Of a DNA stretch of 64,000 nucleotides, positions 1 through 8,748 are shown one piece after another. The notes below the pieces were generated by a model. The model searched no databases. It saw only the letters and a program-made list of their open reading frames with translations, and had not been told where the DNA came from. Made by a program: the position numbers and the translations under genes. The stretch is from Bacteroidia bacterium (GTDB lineage: Bacteria > Bacteroidota > Bacteroidia > CAIKAF01): positions 2,359 to 66,358 of the forward strand of contig JAUHWY010000018.1 of the NCBI GenBank assembly GCA_030427255.1, written 5' to 3'. Each line of letters begins with the position of its first letter. Position 1 is the stretch's first letter.

Positions 1-26
1 GGAACCGGGGCCCAAAACCCCTTTTC

Positions 27-1448
27 TCAATAACCCAATATTTTGAGCATGGATTTGTAGCTCTGTTCTTTGCTGAACAGTTTGGTGGTGTAGTCTCCGT
101 CCTCGTCGCGGTCAATGATTACGTGCTTTGGCGAGGGTATGAGGCAGTGTTGTATGCCTCCAAATCCGCCTAGGCTTTCTTGATACGCGCCGGTGTGAAA
201 AAATCCCAGATAAAGCGGTTGTCCTTCCGGGATTTTGGGCAGAAACACCTGTCCGATGTGTGCTTCGCTGTTGTAATAGTCTAAGCTGTCGCAGGTGAGG
301 CCGCCGAGGTTGACGCGCTGGTATGGCTGGTCCCAATGGTTGATGGCCAGCAAAATGAATCGGTGCTTAAGGCCCCAGGTGTCGGGTAGGGTGGTGATGA
401 AGCTGGAGTCAATCATGTACCAAGACTCGGTATCGTTTTGCTTTTTCACGTCCAGAATAGAGAAGAGGCTGGCGCCGCTTTCGCCAACGGTGAATGAGCC
501 GAATTCGGTGAAGATATTGGGTTCCTCAACGCCGTTGTCGTTGCAGTACTGTTTGATTTGTGCAATGATTTCTTGAATGATGTATTCGTAGTCGAAATCA
601 AATCCCAAACTATTTTTTATGGGCAGTCCGCCGCCAATGTTGAGGCTGTTGAGGCTGGGACATTCCTTTTTTAAGGCCACATATACGCTTAGGCATTTGG
701 ACAGTTCTGACCAATAATACACGTTGTCCCTAATTCCGGTATTGATGAAAAAGTGAAGCATTTTAACCTCGAAGCGCTTGTCGCCTTTGAGGTGCTCGCG
801 GTAAAAGGGTACGATGTCTTTATAGCGGATCCCCAATCGGGAAGTATAGAACTCGAAATTAGGTTCTTCTTCAGAAGCGATGCGCAGGCCTAGCTTGAGG
901 GGTTTGGCGTCTTGAGGCAAATGCTTTTTGTAAAAATCCAATTCGCCCATGTTGTCTAAAACGGGCAAAAGGTTGCTAAACCCTTGGGCATGGAAATCTA
1001 AAATGTGCTCTTGGTAAGGTTGACGCTTAAAGCCATTGCAGACCAAAAAGCGGTTTTTGTCAAACAAGCCGCGGCTGTGCAGCTCCTTAACAATCTCCAT
1101 ATCGTAGGTAGAAGAAGTTTCGATATGCACATCGTTTTTTAAAACTTCCTCGAGTACAAAGGAGAAATGAGAGCTTTTGGTGCAATAGCAATAGGTGTAG
1201 CTTCCTTGGTAATCGGCTTTGGCCATAGCCACCTTAAAGAGTATCTTCGCTTTCTGAATTTGAGTGGAGATTTTTGGAAGGTAGGTAATTTTAAGTGGGG
1301 TGCCGTATTGCTTGATTACCTCCATAAGAGGAATGTCATGAAAATACAACTCTTCGTCTTCTACCCGAAATCCGTCTTGTGGGAAATCGAAGGTTTGGTG
1401 AATAAGGTCTTCGTATTTAATTTTCATAAACCACACGCTTTGGTTCAA
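27..1448 (-). CDS. speA: Arginine decarboxylase (PLP-dependent, fold-type III decarboxylase family, SpeA-like)
   Basis: 473-aa ORF. It has the N-terminal region typical of biosynthetic ADC, an Orn/Arg/DAP decarboxylase-like Lys region (YCTKSS) and Gly-rich NIGGGLP. An arginase-family gene lies next to it. Confidence 0.7.
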   Translation of the reverse strand: MNQSVWFMKIKYEDLIHQTFDFPQDGFRVEDEELYFHDIPLMEVIKQYGTPLKITYLPKISTQIQKAKILFKVAMAKADYQGSYTYCYCTKSSHFSFVLEEVLKNDVHIETSSTYDMEIVKELHSRGLFDKNRFLVCNGFKRQPYQEHILDFHAQGFSNLLPVLDNMGELDFYKKHLPQDAKPLKLGLRIASEEEPNFEFYTSRLGIRYKDIVPFYREHLKGDKRFEVKMLHFFINTGIRDNVYYWSELSKCLSVYVALKKECPSLNSLNIGGGLPIKNSLGFDFDYEYIIQEIIAQIKQYCNDNGVEEPNIFTEFGSFTVGESGASLFSILDVKKQNDTESWYMIDSSFITTLPDTWGLKHRFILLAINHWDQPYQRVNLGGLTCDSLDYYNSEAHIGQVFLPKIPEGQPLYLGFFHTGAYQESLGGFGGIQHCLIPSPKHVIIDRDEDGDYTTKLFSKEQSYKSMLKILGY

Positions 1449-1545
1449 AGATGAGAAAATAATGCATCTGTGGTACAGTTGACATGAAAAAATAAACCAA
1501 GTGCTTTACTTTATGTTGTAAAGTAGCATGTAATCGATTCGGATT

Positions 1546-2562
1546 ATGAAAGATATTTGCTTTGTAGAGGTTAAATCGGAACTAGGTGCGGGAACCCGCG
1601 GCGCCAGTTTGGGGGTAGATGCGCTCAAGATAGCCTCTTTGCATTACGGTGACTACCTGTTTGGAAAATACAAAAGCCACGAAATACGAGACAGCAGCCG
1701 CTTGCTTTACCGCAACCCGGTGCGTACCCACGCCAAGCGCATTCGAGGCATTGAAAAGATATTCGGGAAACTGGCCAACACGGTGCAAAAAAAGCTTCAG
1801 GCCAATACCCTGCCGGTTGTGGTTTCGGGCGACCATTCCAGCGCCGGTGGAACCATAGCCGGGGTAAAAATGGCTTACCCAAACAAAAGACTTGGGGTAA
1901 TTTGGATTGATGCACACGCCGATTTGCACTCTCCCTACACCACCCCAAGCGGCAACGTACATGGCATGCCTCTGGCCACGGCTTTGGCGGTAGACAATTT
2001 GGACAATCAACTCAACGACCTGACGGACGGTGATATACAGCTGCATTGGGAGCGTCTAAAGAATACAGGAGGCATTCGGCCTAAGATAGTTCCTGAAGAT
2101 TTGGTATTCGTAGGAATCCGAGATTTGGAAAGCCCCGAAATCAATTATATCCGCGACCATAAGGTGGCCGTGCATACCGTGCAGCAATTGAGGGAACAGT
2201 CCGTTAAGAAAAAGTGCCAAGAAATTTTAGCCTACTTGTCTGATTGCGAAGTGCTGTATATTAGCTTTGATATTGACAGCTTAGATGCCCGTTTGGTTCC
2301 GGGAACCGGAACTCCGGTAGATCAAGGATTGACCTTTAGAGAGGCGGAATTGCTGCTGCAACACCTCTTGACCGACCCGCGGGTGGTTTGCTTTGAAATG
2401 ACCGAAATTAATCCATTATTGGACGAGAAAAACCATACGGCCGAGCAGGTGTATCCCCTGTTTAAAAAGGCCGTGCGGACATTGGAAAAGCATGTGAAAA
2501 AAGGAAAGGCCAAGGCCAAGACAAAGGGATCGATGGAAGCGTCCGACCTAAGCTCTGACTAA
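1546..2562 (+). CDS. Arginase/agmatinase/formiminoglutamase (ureohydrolase) family protein, probably agmatinase given its ADC neighbour
   Basis: Ureohydrolase signature motifs are present: SGDHSSAGG, IWIDAHADLHSP and SFDIDSLDA (the Mn-binding DAHxD / SxDxD motifs). The C-terminus is Lys-rich and low-complexity. Confidence 0.75.
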   Translation: MKDICFVEVKSELGAGTRGASLGVDALKIASLHYGDYLFGKYKSHEIRDSSRLLYRNPVRTHAKRIRGIEKIFGKLANTVQKKLQANTLPVVVSGDHSSAGGTIAGVKMAYPNKRLGVIWIDAHADLHSPYTTPSGNVHGMPLATALAVDNLDNQLNDLTDGDIQLHWERLKNTGGIRPKIVPEDLVFVGIRDLESPEINYIRDHKVAVHTVQQLREQSVKKKCQEILAYLSDCEVLYISFDIDSLDARLVPGTGTPVDQGLTFREAELLLQHLLTDPRVVCFEMTEINPLLDEKNHTAEQVYPLFKKAVRTLEKHVKKGKAKAKTKGSMEASDLSSD

Positions 2563-3601
2563 GGTAAACACAGTTATTTCAGGCCTAACATTAAAGCGAA
2601 TCGGCCAACTGCAACCCAATGCGCGGTTAATGTATACCCGTTTTTTATCGTCCACCTCAATATCGCCGCAGCTGTATTTTTTATTTTTTACCGGCAATAT
2701 AGGTGCTTCTAAGAAGGGCGCTTTGCATTGCCCCCCGTGGGTGTGCCCGGCCAACACATATCCTCTGTACGCACCCCAACCCGGCAAATCGCAGGCATCC
2801 GGGTTGTGGCAAAGCACCACTCCCGGGCCATCAAAATCGTAGCGGCTAAAAGTTTTTTGAATGTCCCATTGCTTGGCCCACAAGTCATCTGCACCGGCAA
2901 TTTGTAAGCCATGAACCTCCACTTGCTCGTTGCGGAGCATCTGCACTCCTTGGTTTTCCAGGATATTTTTGATGTGCTGTGCAACAGACCCCTGCGCCCA
3001 ATTTTTACCATAATCGTGGTTTCCAAGGATGCCTAGGGTAGCCATAGAACCGAAAAGTCCATGGCGCATCACCTCTTGCAATTGGCTGAATTGTTCCTGG
3101 TTTTCATAACTGACAAAATCACCGGTATATTCTGAGGCCGTTGACGCGTTGTGTTTTCAAGGCGAATTAAGGCACGGTCAAATTGAAAGTCCGCAGTTTA
3201 CTGATTGTAAATGAGGAACTTGAGATTTGGCCGTAACGCAAAGTCGCCGCCAGAATAGCAACGCGTCAACGGTCTCATACTACTAGTTCCGGTGCATAAG
3301 CCCTAGCCTTTTGCATGGACTCCATCAAATAGGAGTAAGGAAAGCGGTTGCCCACGTGCATATCGCTGATTTGGATAAGGCGTTTACCTCCCAAGGCTTT
3401 GGGAAGACCATGAATGGGCAATGGGCGCTCTACAAATTCCAAACGGTAGGGCGCCACTTTCCATGCATAAATGCCCAGGCCCAAGCTCATGCCTCCGGCG
3501 GCCCACATGCTTTTTTTTAAGAAGGAACGTCGGTTCATGGCACATGAACGGAGGCTGGGGAGGAGTGGTATGCAAGAACTGTTAAGAATCCTTGAATACA
3601 T
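2548..3601 (-). pseudogene. Calcineurin-like metallophosphoesterase with Tat-type signal, interrupted by a 145-bp insertion element
   Basis: The N-terminal ORF 3275..3601 carries a Tat-type signal (RRSFLK) and ends ...ISDMHV...YAPELVV*. The C-terminal ORF 2548..3081 has GNHDYG and GHTHGGQ. The conserved D-L-V-V-x-T-G-D motif is split: ELVV ends at 3278 and TGDFVSY resumes at 3126. The in-frame sequence between them contains stops. Confidence 0.6.
3133..3277. mobile_element. MITE-like insertion, about 145 bp, with 15-16-bp terminal inverted repeats (GGCCGTTGACGCGTTG ... CAACGCGTCAACGGTC)
   Basis: Near-perfect terminal inverted repeats at 3136-3151 and 3260-3275. It lies exactly within the conserved phosphoesterase motif. 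A diverged partial copy sits at 47148-47222. Confidence 0.6.
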
Positions 3602-3742
3602 AAGTAAGAAATGACAGAAGCAAAGAGACTTACAGCGGTCTTTCGGAAATATTGAGCATATACACTGCTTGAAAGATTTATTGAAAGCTTGGTGCCTTTG
3701 CTCCGGGTAGATTCTCTAACTTGCTTCGCAAAGTTAAATCAC

Positions 3743-4990
3743 ATGCGCAACTTTATTTTCGCTATTCTTCTGGTTTGTATTGGCCTTAGCACCTCAGCTC
3801 AAGGGGTTTTGATTGGAGACACGGCCCAGCCGCCGCATCCTGATGCCCTGCTCGAACTGCGCGGTTCAAGAGCCCTTTTGATGCCTCGGCTCAACACCAC
3901 CCAACGAAACGCCCTGCAAAATCCGGTACCCGGCATGCAGATTTACCATATTGACGACCAATGCGTCGAAGTGTATTTTCCCAGTCAAGGCTGGAGCGAC
4001 GTGGCCTGCGACTGCCCCAATCCCCCCTCGGCCGGTTTTAGCTTTAGCCCCAGCAGCCCAAACCTGAATCAATCGGTGACTTTCACTCCCGCCTCCGGTG
4101 GACTTAATTACCAATGGACCTTTGCCTCAGGAACTCCGGCAAGTTCAAACGCATCAAGCCCTCAAGTGAGCTGGACTCAAGCCGGCAACTACAATGTGCA
4201 ATTGGTGGTTACCGACAACACCGGCTGCACCGACACCAGCAACCAAAGCGTAACTGTGAACGCCTGCAACCCACAATCCGGTAACCAGACCTTCAACTAT
4301 ACCGGCAGCATGCAAACCTTTACCGTACCTGCCTGCATTACCAATTTGCAGGTAACCTTGTATGGAGCGGAGGGCGGTCAGCGCAACAGCCAGCCCGGTG
4401 GCCAAGGCGGCATGGTGAGCGGCGATTTGGCCGTAAGCCCGGGGCAGTTGGTTTATGTATATGTGGGTGGCCGAGGTGCCAATCAGCAAACCGCCGGTTG
4501 GAACGGTGGCGGCATTGGCGATTTTCAAGCCGGTGGCGAAGCCGGCGGCGGCGGCGGTGCTTCTGACCTGCGGCTGAATGGAACCAACCTTTCCGACCGA
4601 GTAGCGGTGGCTGGCGGCGGTGGCGGTTCCGGTTGGAATCGCGCCGGAGGACAAGGCGGCGGATCTACCGGCGGCGCGGGCCAGGGTCCTTACCCCGGAC
4701 AGGGAGGAACCCAAAGCGCAGGCGGTGCCCAGGGAGTAGATTTGTGCAATAACCAAACTTCAGCCCCGGGCATATTGGGCCAAGGTGGCAATGGAGCCAG
4801 TGGCGGTTGTGGTTCCGGCGGCGGAGGCGGCGGTGGCGGTGGCTACTACGGCGGCGGCGGTGGGGGCACCAACAACCCGGACTTAGGCTCCGGCGGCGGT
4901 GGCGGCTCCAATTATACCGGTGGACTCACCAATGCCAGCGGCAGCAGTGGCGTGCGCAGCGGAGACGGACAGATTTTGATTTCTTGGTAA
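3743..4990 (+). CDS. Secreted PKD-domain protein with a long glycine-rich C-terminal region (paralog of 51531..52829)
   Basis: Signal peptide MRNFIFAILLVCIGLSTSAQG. Conserved N-terminal module (ALLELRGS..LMPRLNTTQRNAL..GMQIYHIDDQCVEVY). PKD-like segment (NYQWTFASGTP...VQLVVTDNTGCTD). The TFTVPAC...GAEGG block is followed by G-rich repeats including GGGGGGGGGYYGGGGGG. The C-terminus is GDGQILISW. The ORF listed from 3689 probably starts at the Met at 3743. Confidence 0.7.
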   Translation: MRNFIFAILLVCIGLSTSAQGVLIGDTAQPPHPDALLELRGSRALLMPRLNTTQRNALQNPVPGMQIYHIDDQCVEVYFPSQGWSDVACDCPNPPSAGFSFSPSSPNLNQSVTFTPASGGLNYQWTFASGTPASSNASSPQVSWTQAGNYNVQLVVTDNTGCTDTSNQSVTVNACNPQSGNQTFNYTGSMQTFTVPACITNLQVTLYGAEGGQRNSQPGGQGGMVSGDLAVSPGQLVYVYVGGRGANQQTAGWNGGGIGDFQAGGEAGGGGGASDLRLNGTNLSDRVAVAGGGGGSGWNRAGGQGGGSTGGAGQGPYPGQGGTQSAGGAQGVDLCNNQTSAPGILGQGGNGASGGCGSGGGGGGGGGYYGGGGGGTNNPDLGSGGGGGSNYTGGLTNASGSSGVRSGDGQILISW

Positions 4991-5180
4991 GATTTTTTGG
5001 GCGGCTCATCCCGCCCTCCCTGCAAGTCCTTGCCCCCAAGGCAGGTGCGGCTAGGTGGTACGTGGGCTCTCCCTGAACTAAGGGAAAGCCTCCGCCCACC
5101 AAGCCGCAGCCTGCCTTGGTTGCTCCGGGCTTTCCGTTCGGTCGGGGCCGCAGATCTCCTTCCAGAAGGGTAGGTTTGCC
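4991..5180. repeat. GC-rich long imperfect palindromic element (core-type repeat)
   Basis: TTTTTT-GGGCGG hairpin start. Long inverted repeat CCAAGGCAGGTGCGGCTAGGTGG ... CCACCAAGCCGCAGCCTGCCTTGG. It shares CTGCAAGTCCT and GCTCCGGGCTTTCCG...GGCCGCAGA blocks with the element at 38527. Confidence 0.6.
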
Positions 5181-5259
5181 TATTCTAAAAATGGAGTCGT
5201 GTTAACCTTAAGTGGTGCATTTCGAGATAAATTCCTATTTTTGAGAAACTTTAACCGCC

Positions 5260-5838
5260 ATGAGAATTCTGGAAATTGTACTGATTGCTTTAGGTATTTT
5301 GGCCTTTACCTTTAAGCTTACCGACATACCTGGTGGAAACGTTTTATTAAATTTTGCCCTGTCGAGCCTTGCAGTGCTGCACTTTGGACTTGGCTTTGCC
5401 TTGTTTTCGGGCGTCCGATTTCGAGAGCTGATTAAGAAGGGGAGAAAGTCAATCAAAGTAAGGCCTTATGTGGTCTTAATGCAATTTGGACTGGGAGTAT
5501 TGCATTTAGGCCTGCTTTTTACTTTAATGTTTTGGCCTAATGCGGGTTTTCAACTTAAAATGGGGTTGGTGTTATCTTTGGGTGCCTTGGTTTGGGTAGG
5601 CATTGTGTCCTTCAAGCAGTTCGACCGTACTGCCAAGCTAAACCTTGTTCGTTTGGTGTTTTTCTTAGCGTTAAGTATTCCCTTGGCTTTTACCTCCGAC
5701 GACCAATTGGTGGAAATGTATTATGGCCATGACCCGGAGTATGCAGAAATAATCAAAGCTCAAATAAAGGATTCCAACAATCCCATACATTTTGAGCGAA
5801 TGGATTCTTTGCGGAGGGCGAGAGGCATGCAGCCTTAA
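5260..5838 (+). CDS. Hypothetical multi-pass membrane protein
   Basis: 192-aa ORF with about four hydrophobic helices. No recognisable motif. Confidence 0.45.
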   Translation: MRILEIVLIALGILAFTFKLTDIPGGNVLLNFALSSLAVLHFGLGFALFSGVRFRELIKKGRKSIKVRPYVVLMQFGLGVLHLGLLFTLMFWPNAGFQLKMGLVLSLGALVWVGIVSFKQFDRTAKLNLVRLVFFLALSIPLAFTSDDQLVEMYYGHDPEYAEIIKAQIKDSNNPIHFERMDSLRRARGMQP

Positions 5839-5960
5839 ACGGATTCGCCACCCAAAGCAAGCCAATGGTAAAAGAAAGCCGCGGAAATAATGGTTTTAAC
5901 CCGTTGGTTTTTTAATTTCCCCCTTCAAAATAGGCTCCACAGGGTCTTAAAAAGTGTGTA

Positions 5961-7049
5961 ATGCGTACCCTCGTTTTATTGTTGATATTGATTCATGGGC
6001 TCATCCATGGCTTAGGTTTTGTTAAAGGCTTCGGCTTGGCCGAAATCAAAGCATTAAGTACGCCTATTTCAAAGCCCATGGCTCTTTTGTGGCTTTTGAC
6101 TTTGTTCCTTTTTTTAGGCTTCGTCTTTTTGTATTGGAAGTCCATGCCGCAGGCTTGGATGGTGGGATTGGCCGCATTGGTTTTGTCGCAGGTATTGGTG
6201 TTTTGGTTTTGGAAGGACGCTAAGTTTGGTTCCATTCCTAACCTGCTTGTGGCTTTTCTTTGTTTGGTGCAATGGGGACAACTTAGGTTTCACCGAATGG
6301 TGGAACAAGATCAAAATGCCCTCATTCAGGCCACCCATGCCTCCGAATTAGATCCTATTGAATATATCGATGTAGGAGAGCTTCCTCAAGCCGTGCAGTG
6401 TTGGTTAAACACCAGTGGGGCCATGCAGAAGCCTATGCCCAAACGCATTCGAATTCAACAAAAGGCCAGCATGCAAATGAAGCCGGGCCAAAAGCAATGG
6501 ATGGATGCCCGGGCCATTCAAATAAGCAGCTTGAATCCTCCAGGATTTGTTTGGTCGGTTAGGGCCTCTCTTTTTCCCGGAGTTTCTGTTTTGGGCAGAG
6601 ACCGGTTTACGCAAGGAAAGGGCGAAATGCTCATACAATTGAACGGCCTCTTTTCTGTGGTGAATGCGCGTGGTCCCAAACTGGATCAGGGAAGCCTGCA
6701 GCGGTATTTGGGTGAAATTGTATGGTATCCTAAAATGGCTTTGAGTCCTTATATCCGTTGGTATGAAGTTGACGAAAATAAAGCAGAGGCCGAGCTAAGT
6801 TTTGGTGGAACAACGGGCAAAGGAACCTTTCATTTTGGGGCAGACGGAGCGGTAGAAAAATTTGAAGCCATGCGGTATCAAGGCAATGCGGAGGATGCCC
6901 AATTGCTCCTTTGGGAAATAAAGGTATTGGAGCATAAAGAATTTGAAGGAGTTAGAATCCCATCCAAAATGGAGTCTACCTGGCATAACCCGGAGGGGCC
7001 TTGGACTTGGTTGAAGCTAGAAGTTGTAGACTTGCGTTACCAAGAATAG
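5961..7049 (+). CDS. Hypothetical membrane-anchored protein (N-terminal 4 TM, C-terminal soluble domain of unknown function)
   Basis: 362-aa ORF. The N-terminus is hydrophobic and the C-terminal roughly 230-aa domain is hydrophilic. No family recognised. Confidence 0.45.
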   Translation: MRTLVLLLILIHGLIHGLGFVKGFGLAEIKALSTPISKPMALLWLLTLFLFLGFVFLYWKSMPQAWMVGLAALVLSQVLVFWFWKDAKFGSIPNLLVAFLCLVQWGQLRFHRMVEQDQNALIQATHASELDPIEYIDVGELPQAVQCWLNTSGAMQKPMPKRIRIQQKASMQMKPGQKQWMDARAIQISSLNPPGFVWSVRASLFPGVSVLGRDRFTQGKGEMLIQLNGLFSVVNARGPKLDQGSLQRYLGEIVWYPKMALSPYIRWYEVDENKAEAELSFGGTTGKGTFHFGADGAVEKFEAMRYQGNAEDAQLLLWEIKVLEHKEFEGVRIPSKMESTWHNPEGPWTWLKLEVVDLRYQE

Positions 7050-7101
7050 CCGGAATGAAGTGAAATTTATTTGTTTACCAATGCCTAGTTTTCTTCCCCG
7101 G

Positions 7102-8130
7102 TTAATATTTGAGAATTTTCGCCACCCGAACCAAAAGAATAAGAGCAGGAACTTCTACCAAAGGGCCAACTACACCCACAAAAGCTTGGGGTGATTGGAT
7201 TCCAAACAAAGCGATGGAAACGGCTATGGCCAATTCGAAGTTGTTTCCCGATGCTGTAAAGGCTATGGCCGCATTTTGAGGATATTCGGCGTTTAGCCAT
7301 TTCCCAATGCCAAAGGCCAGGCCAAACATGAGTGAAAAGTACAAAAGCAAGGGTAGCGCAAGGCGCAACACATCCAACGGCAAATCAAATATCACCTCAC
7401 TTTTAAGGGAGAACATCAATACCACCGTAAGCAACAATGCCACTAAGGTAAAAGGCCCAATAAATGGAAGGTATTTTTGCTCAAACCATTCCGGACTTTT
7501 TAATCGACTCCAAAAGGGGCGGCTCAATGCACCCAGAACAAAAGGGATACCCAAGTAAATACCTACGTTTTGGGCCACAAGCTGAATGGGTACGGTTAGT
7601 TGCATGCTTTCGGCTCCCAGCAAAGGCGGAACTAAGGTCAAAAACACCCACGCGTATAGGCTGTAGGCAAATACCTGAAAAAGACTGTTGAGGGCTACCA
7701 AGCCTGCACCCCAGGCATTGCTTCCTCCGGCCAAGTCGTTCCATACCAATACCATGGCAATGCAGCGCGCCAATCCTATTAGCACCAGACCTGAAAAATA
7801 GGCCGGCTCGTTTCTAAAGAAAATCCATGCCAGACCAAACATGAGCAATGGACCTATAACCCAATTGAGCACTAAGGACAACAGCAACAAACGGGGCTGG
7901 TTCATGATTTTGGGCAAGGCCTCATAACGCACTTTGGCCAGCGGTGGATACATCATTATCAGCAGTCCAATGGCCAGTGGAATATTGGTGCCACCCACGC
8001 TCCATACATGAAAGCTTATAACCCATTGAGGAAAGAAGAAACCTAGACCCAAGCCAAACGCCATGGCCAAGAATATCCAAACACTAAGCCCTCGATTTAA
8101 AAGCGAAAGTTGGGGGCCGGAATGCCTCAT
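7102..8130 (-). CDS. acr3: Arsenite efflux transporter, ACR3 family
   Basis: LSLLNRGLSVWIFLAMAFGLGLGFFFP matches the ACR3 N-terminus. There are about 10 TM segments. It is the last gene of the ars operon. The start is probably the Met at 8130 rather than the ORF start at 8163. Confidence 0.8.
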   Translation of the reverse strand: MRHSGPQLSLLNRGLSVWIFLAMAFGLGLGFFFPQWVISFHVWSVGGTNIPLAIGLLIMMYPPLAKVRYEALPKIMNQPRLLLLSLVLNWVIGPLLMFGLAWIFFRNEPAYFSGLVLIGLARCIAMVLVWNDLAGGSNAWGAGLVALNSLFQVFAYSLYAWVFLTLVPPLLGAESMQLTVPIQLVAQNVGIYLGIPFVLGALSRPFWSRLKSPEWFEQKYLPFIGPFTLVALLLTVVLMFSLKSEVIFDLPLDVLRLALPLLLYFSLMFGLAFGIGKWLNAEYPQNAAIAFTASGNNFELAIAVSIALFGIQSPQAFVGVVGPLVEVPALILLVRVAKILKY

Positions 8131-8744
8131 GCAGCAATGATTTTTTGAAGCATCCATTGCCATTCCGTAATCATGGACCGGGCGGTGCTAAGGTAGGCTT
8201 CGAGGGCTTGGTATGTACCGTCTTTTTCTCCTGGGTCTGCATAGGAAAGAACACTTCTATGTGAAGCACCGGGAACAAAGGGACATTGGGCATCGGCTTG
8301 CTCGCAAACCATTACGGCCCAGAACGATTGACCGTTGCCGGATGCCTCTTTTAAAGTTTTGGAAAAAACTGGGATGGGCTCTTGATCCTCGGCAAAATAA
8401 ATAAGGTATTCTGCCGGCGGCGCCAAGGCTTTTTCGGTTCGGAAACCTAAGTGGTTTAAGGCCTTTGCCACCGTGGGGTGCACTTGGGTTTTATGGGTTC
8501 CTGCCGAAGAGGTGCTTATGTTCAGGCGATGAGTTTTGGCCAATGCGAAACAAATGATTTGGGAAAGCTGGCTTCGTCTGGCGTTGTGGGTACACACAAA
8601 TCGAAGGTGGAGCTGCCCCTCCTTTTGCAGCCCCATTTTTATGGCCATGGCTAAGGTATTCAGCAGCTCCAGCCGCTCCGGATTTGGACTTTGATTGCGT
8701 CCCTCCATGAGGGATGCGTTGAGCTTTGGGAAGAAAGGAGTCAT
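8127..8744 (-). CDS. arsC: Arsenate reductase, LMW protein-tyrosine-phosphatase family (thioredoxin-coupled ArsC)
   Basis: C-X5-R-S P-loop (CTHNARRS). Operon context. The start is probably MTPFF at 8744; the ORF as listed extends to 8849 and overlaps arsM. Confidence 0.7.
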   Translation of the reverse strand: MTPFFPKLNASLMEGRNQSPNPERLELLNTLAMAIKMGLQKEGQLHLRFVCTHNARRSQLSQIICFALAKTHRLNISTSSAGTHKTQVHPTVAKALNHLGFRTEKALAPPAEYLIYFAEDQEPIPVFSKTLKEASGNGQSFWAVMVCEQADAQCPFVPGASHRSVLSYADPGEKDGTYQALEAYLSTARSMITEWQWMLQKIIAA

Positions 8745-8748
8745 GGAA

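Noticed and set aside
3186-3200. GAAAGTCCG motif inside the MITE, resembling the RNase P RNA conserved GGAAAGTCCGG core
   Set aside because: Only about 9 nt match. None of the other P4/P10-12 conserved blocks are present. Chance similarity.
4154-5076. Antisense or alternate-frame ORFs within the glycine-rich gene: 4154..4756(-) Ala/Gly-rich and 4807..5076(+) Arg-rich
   Set aside because: Low-complexity artefacts of the GGN-rich coding region. The sense-strand PKD/Gly protein has a signal peptide and domain structure.
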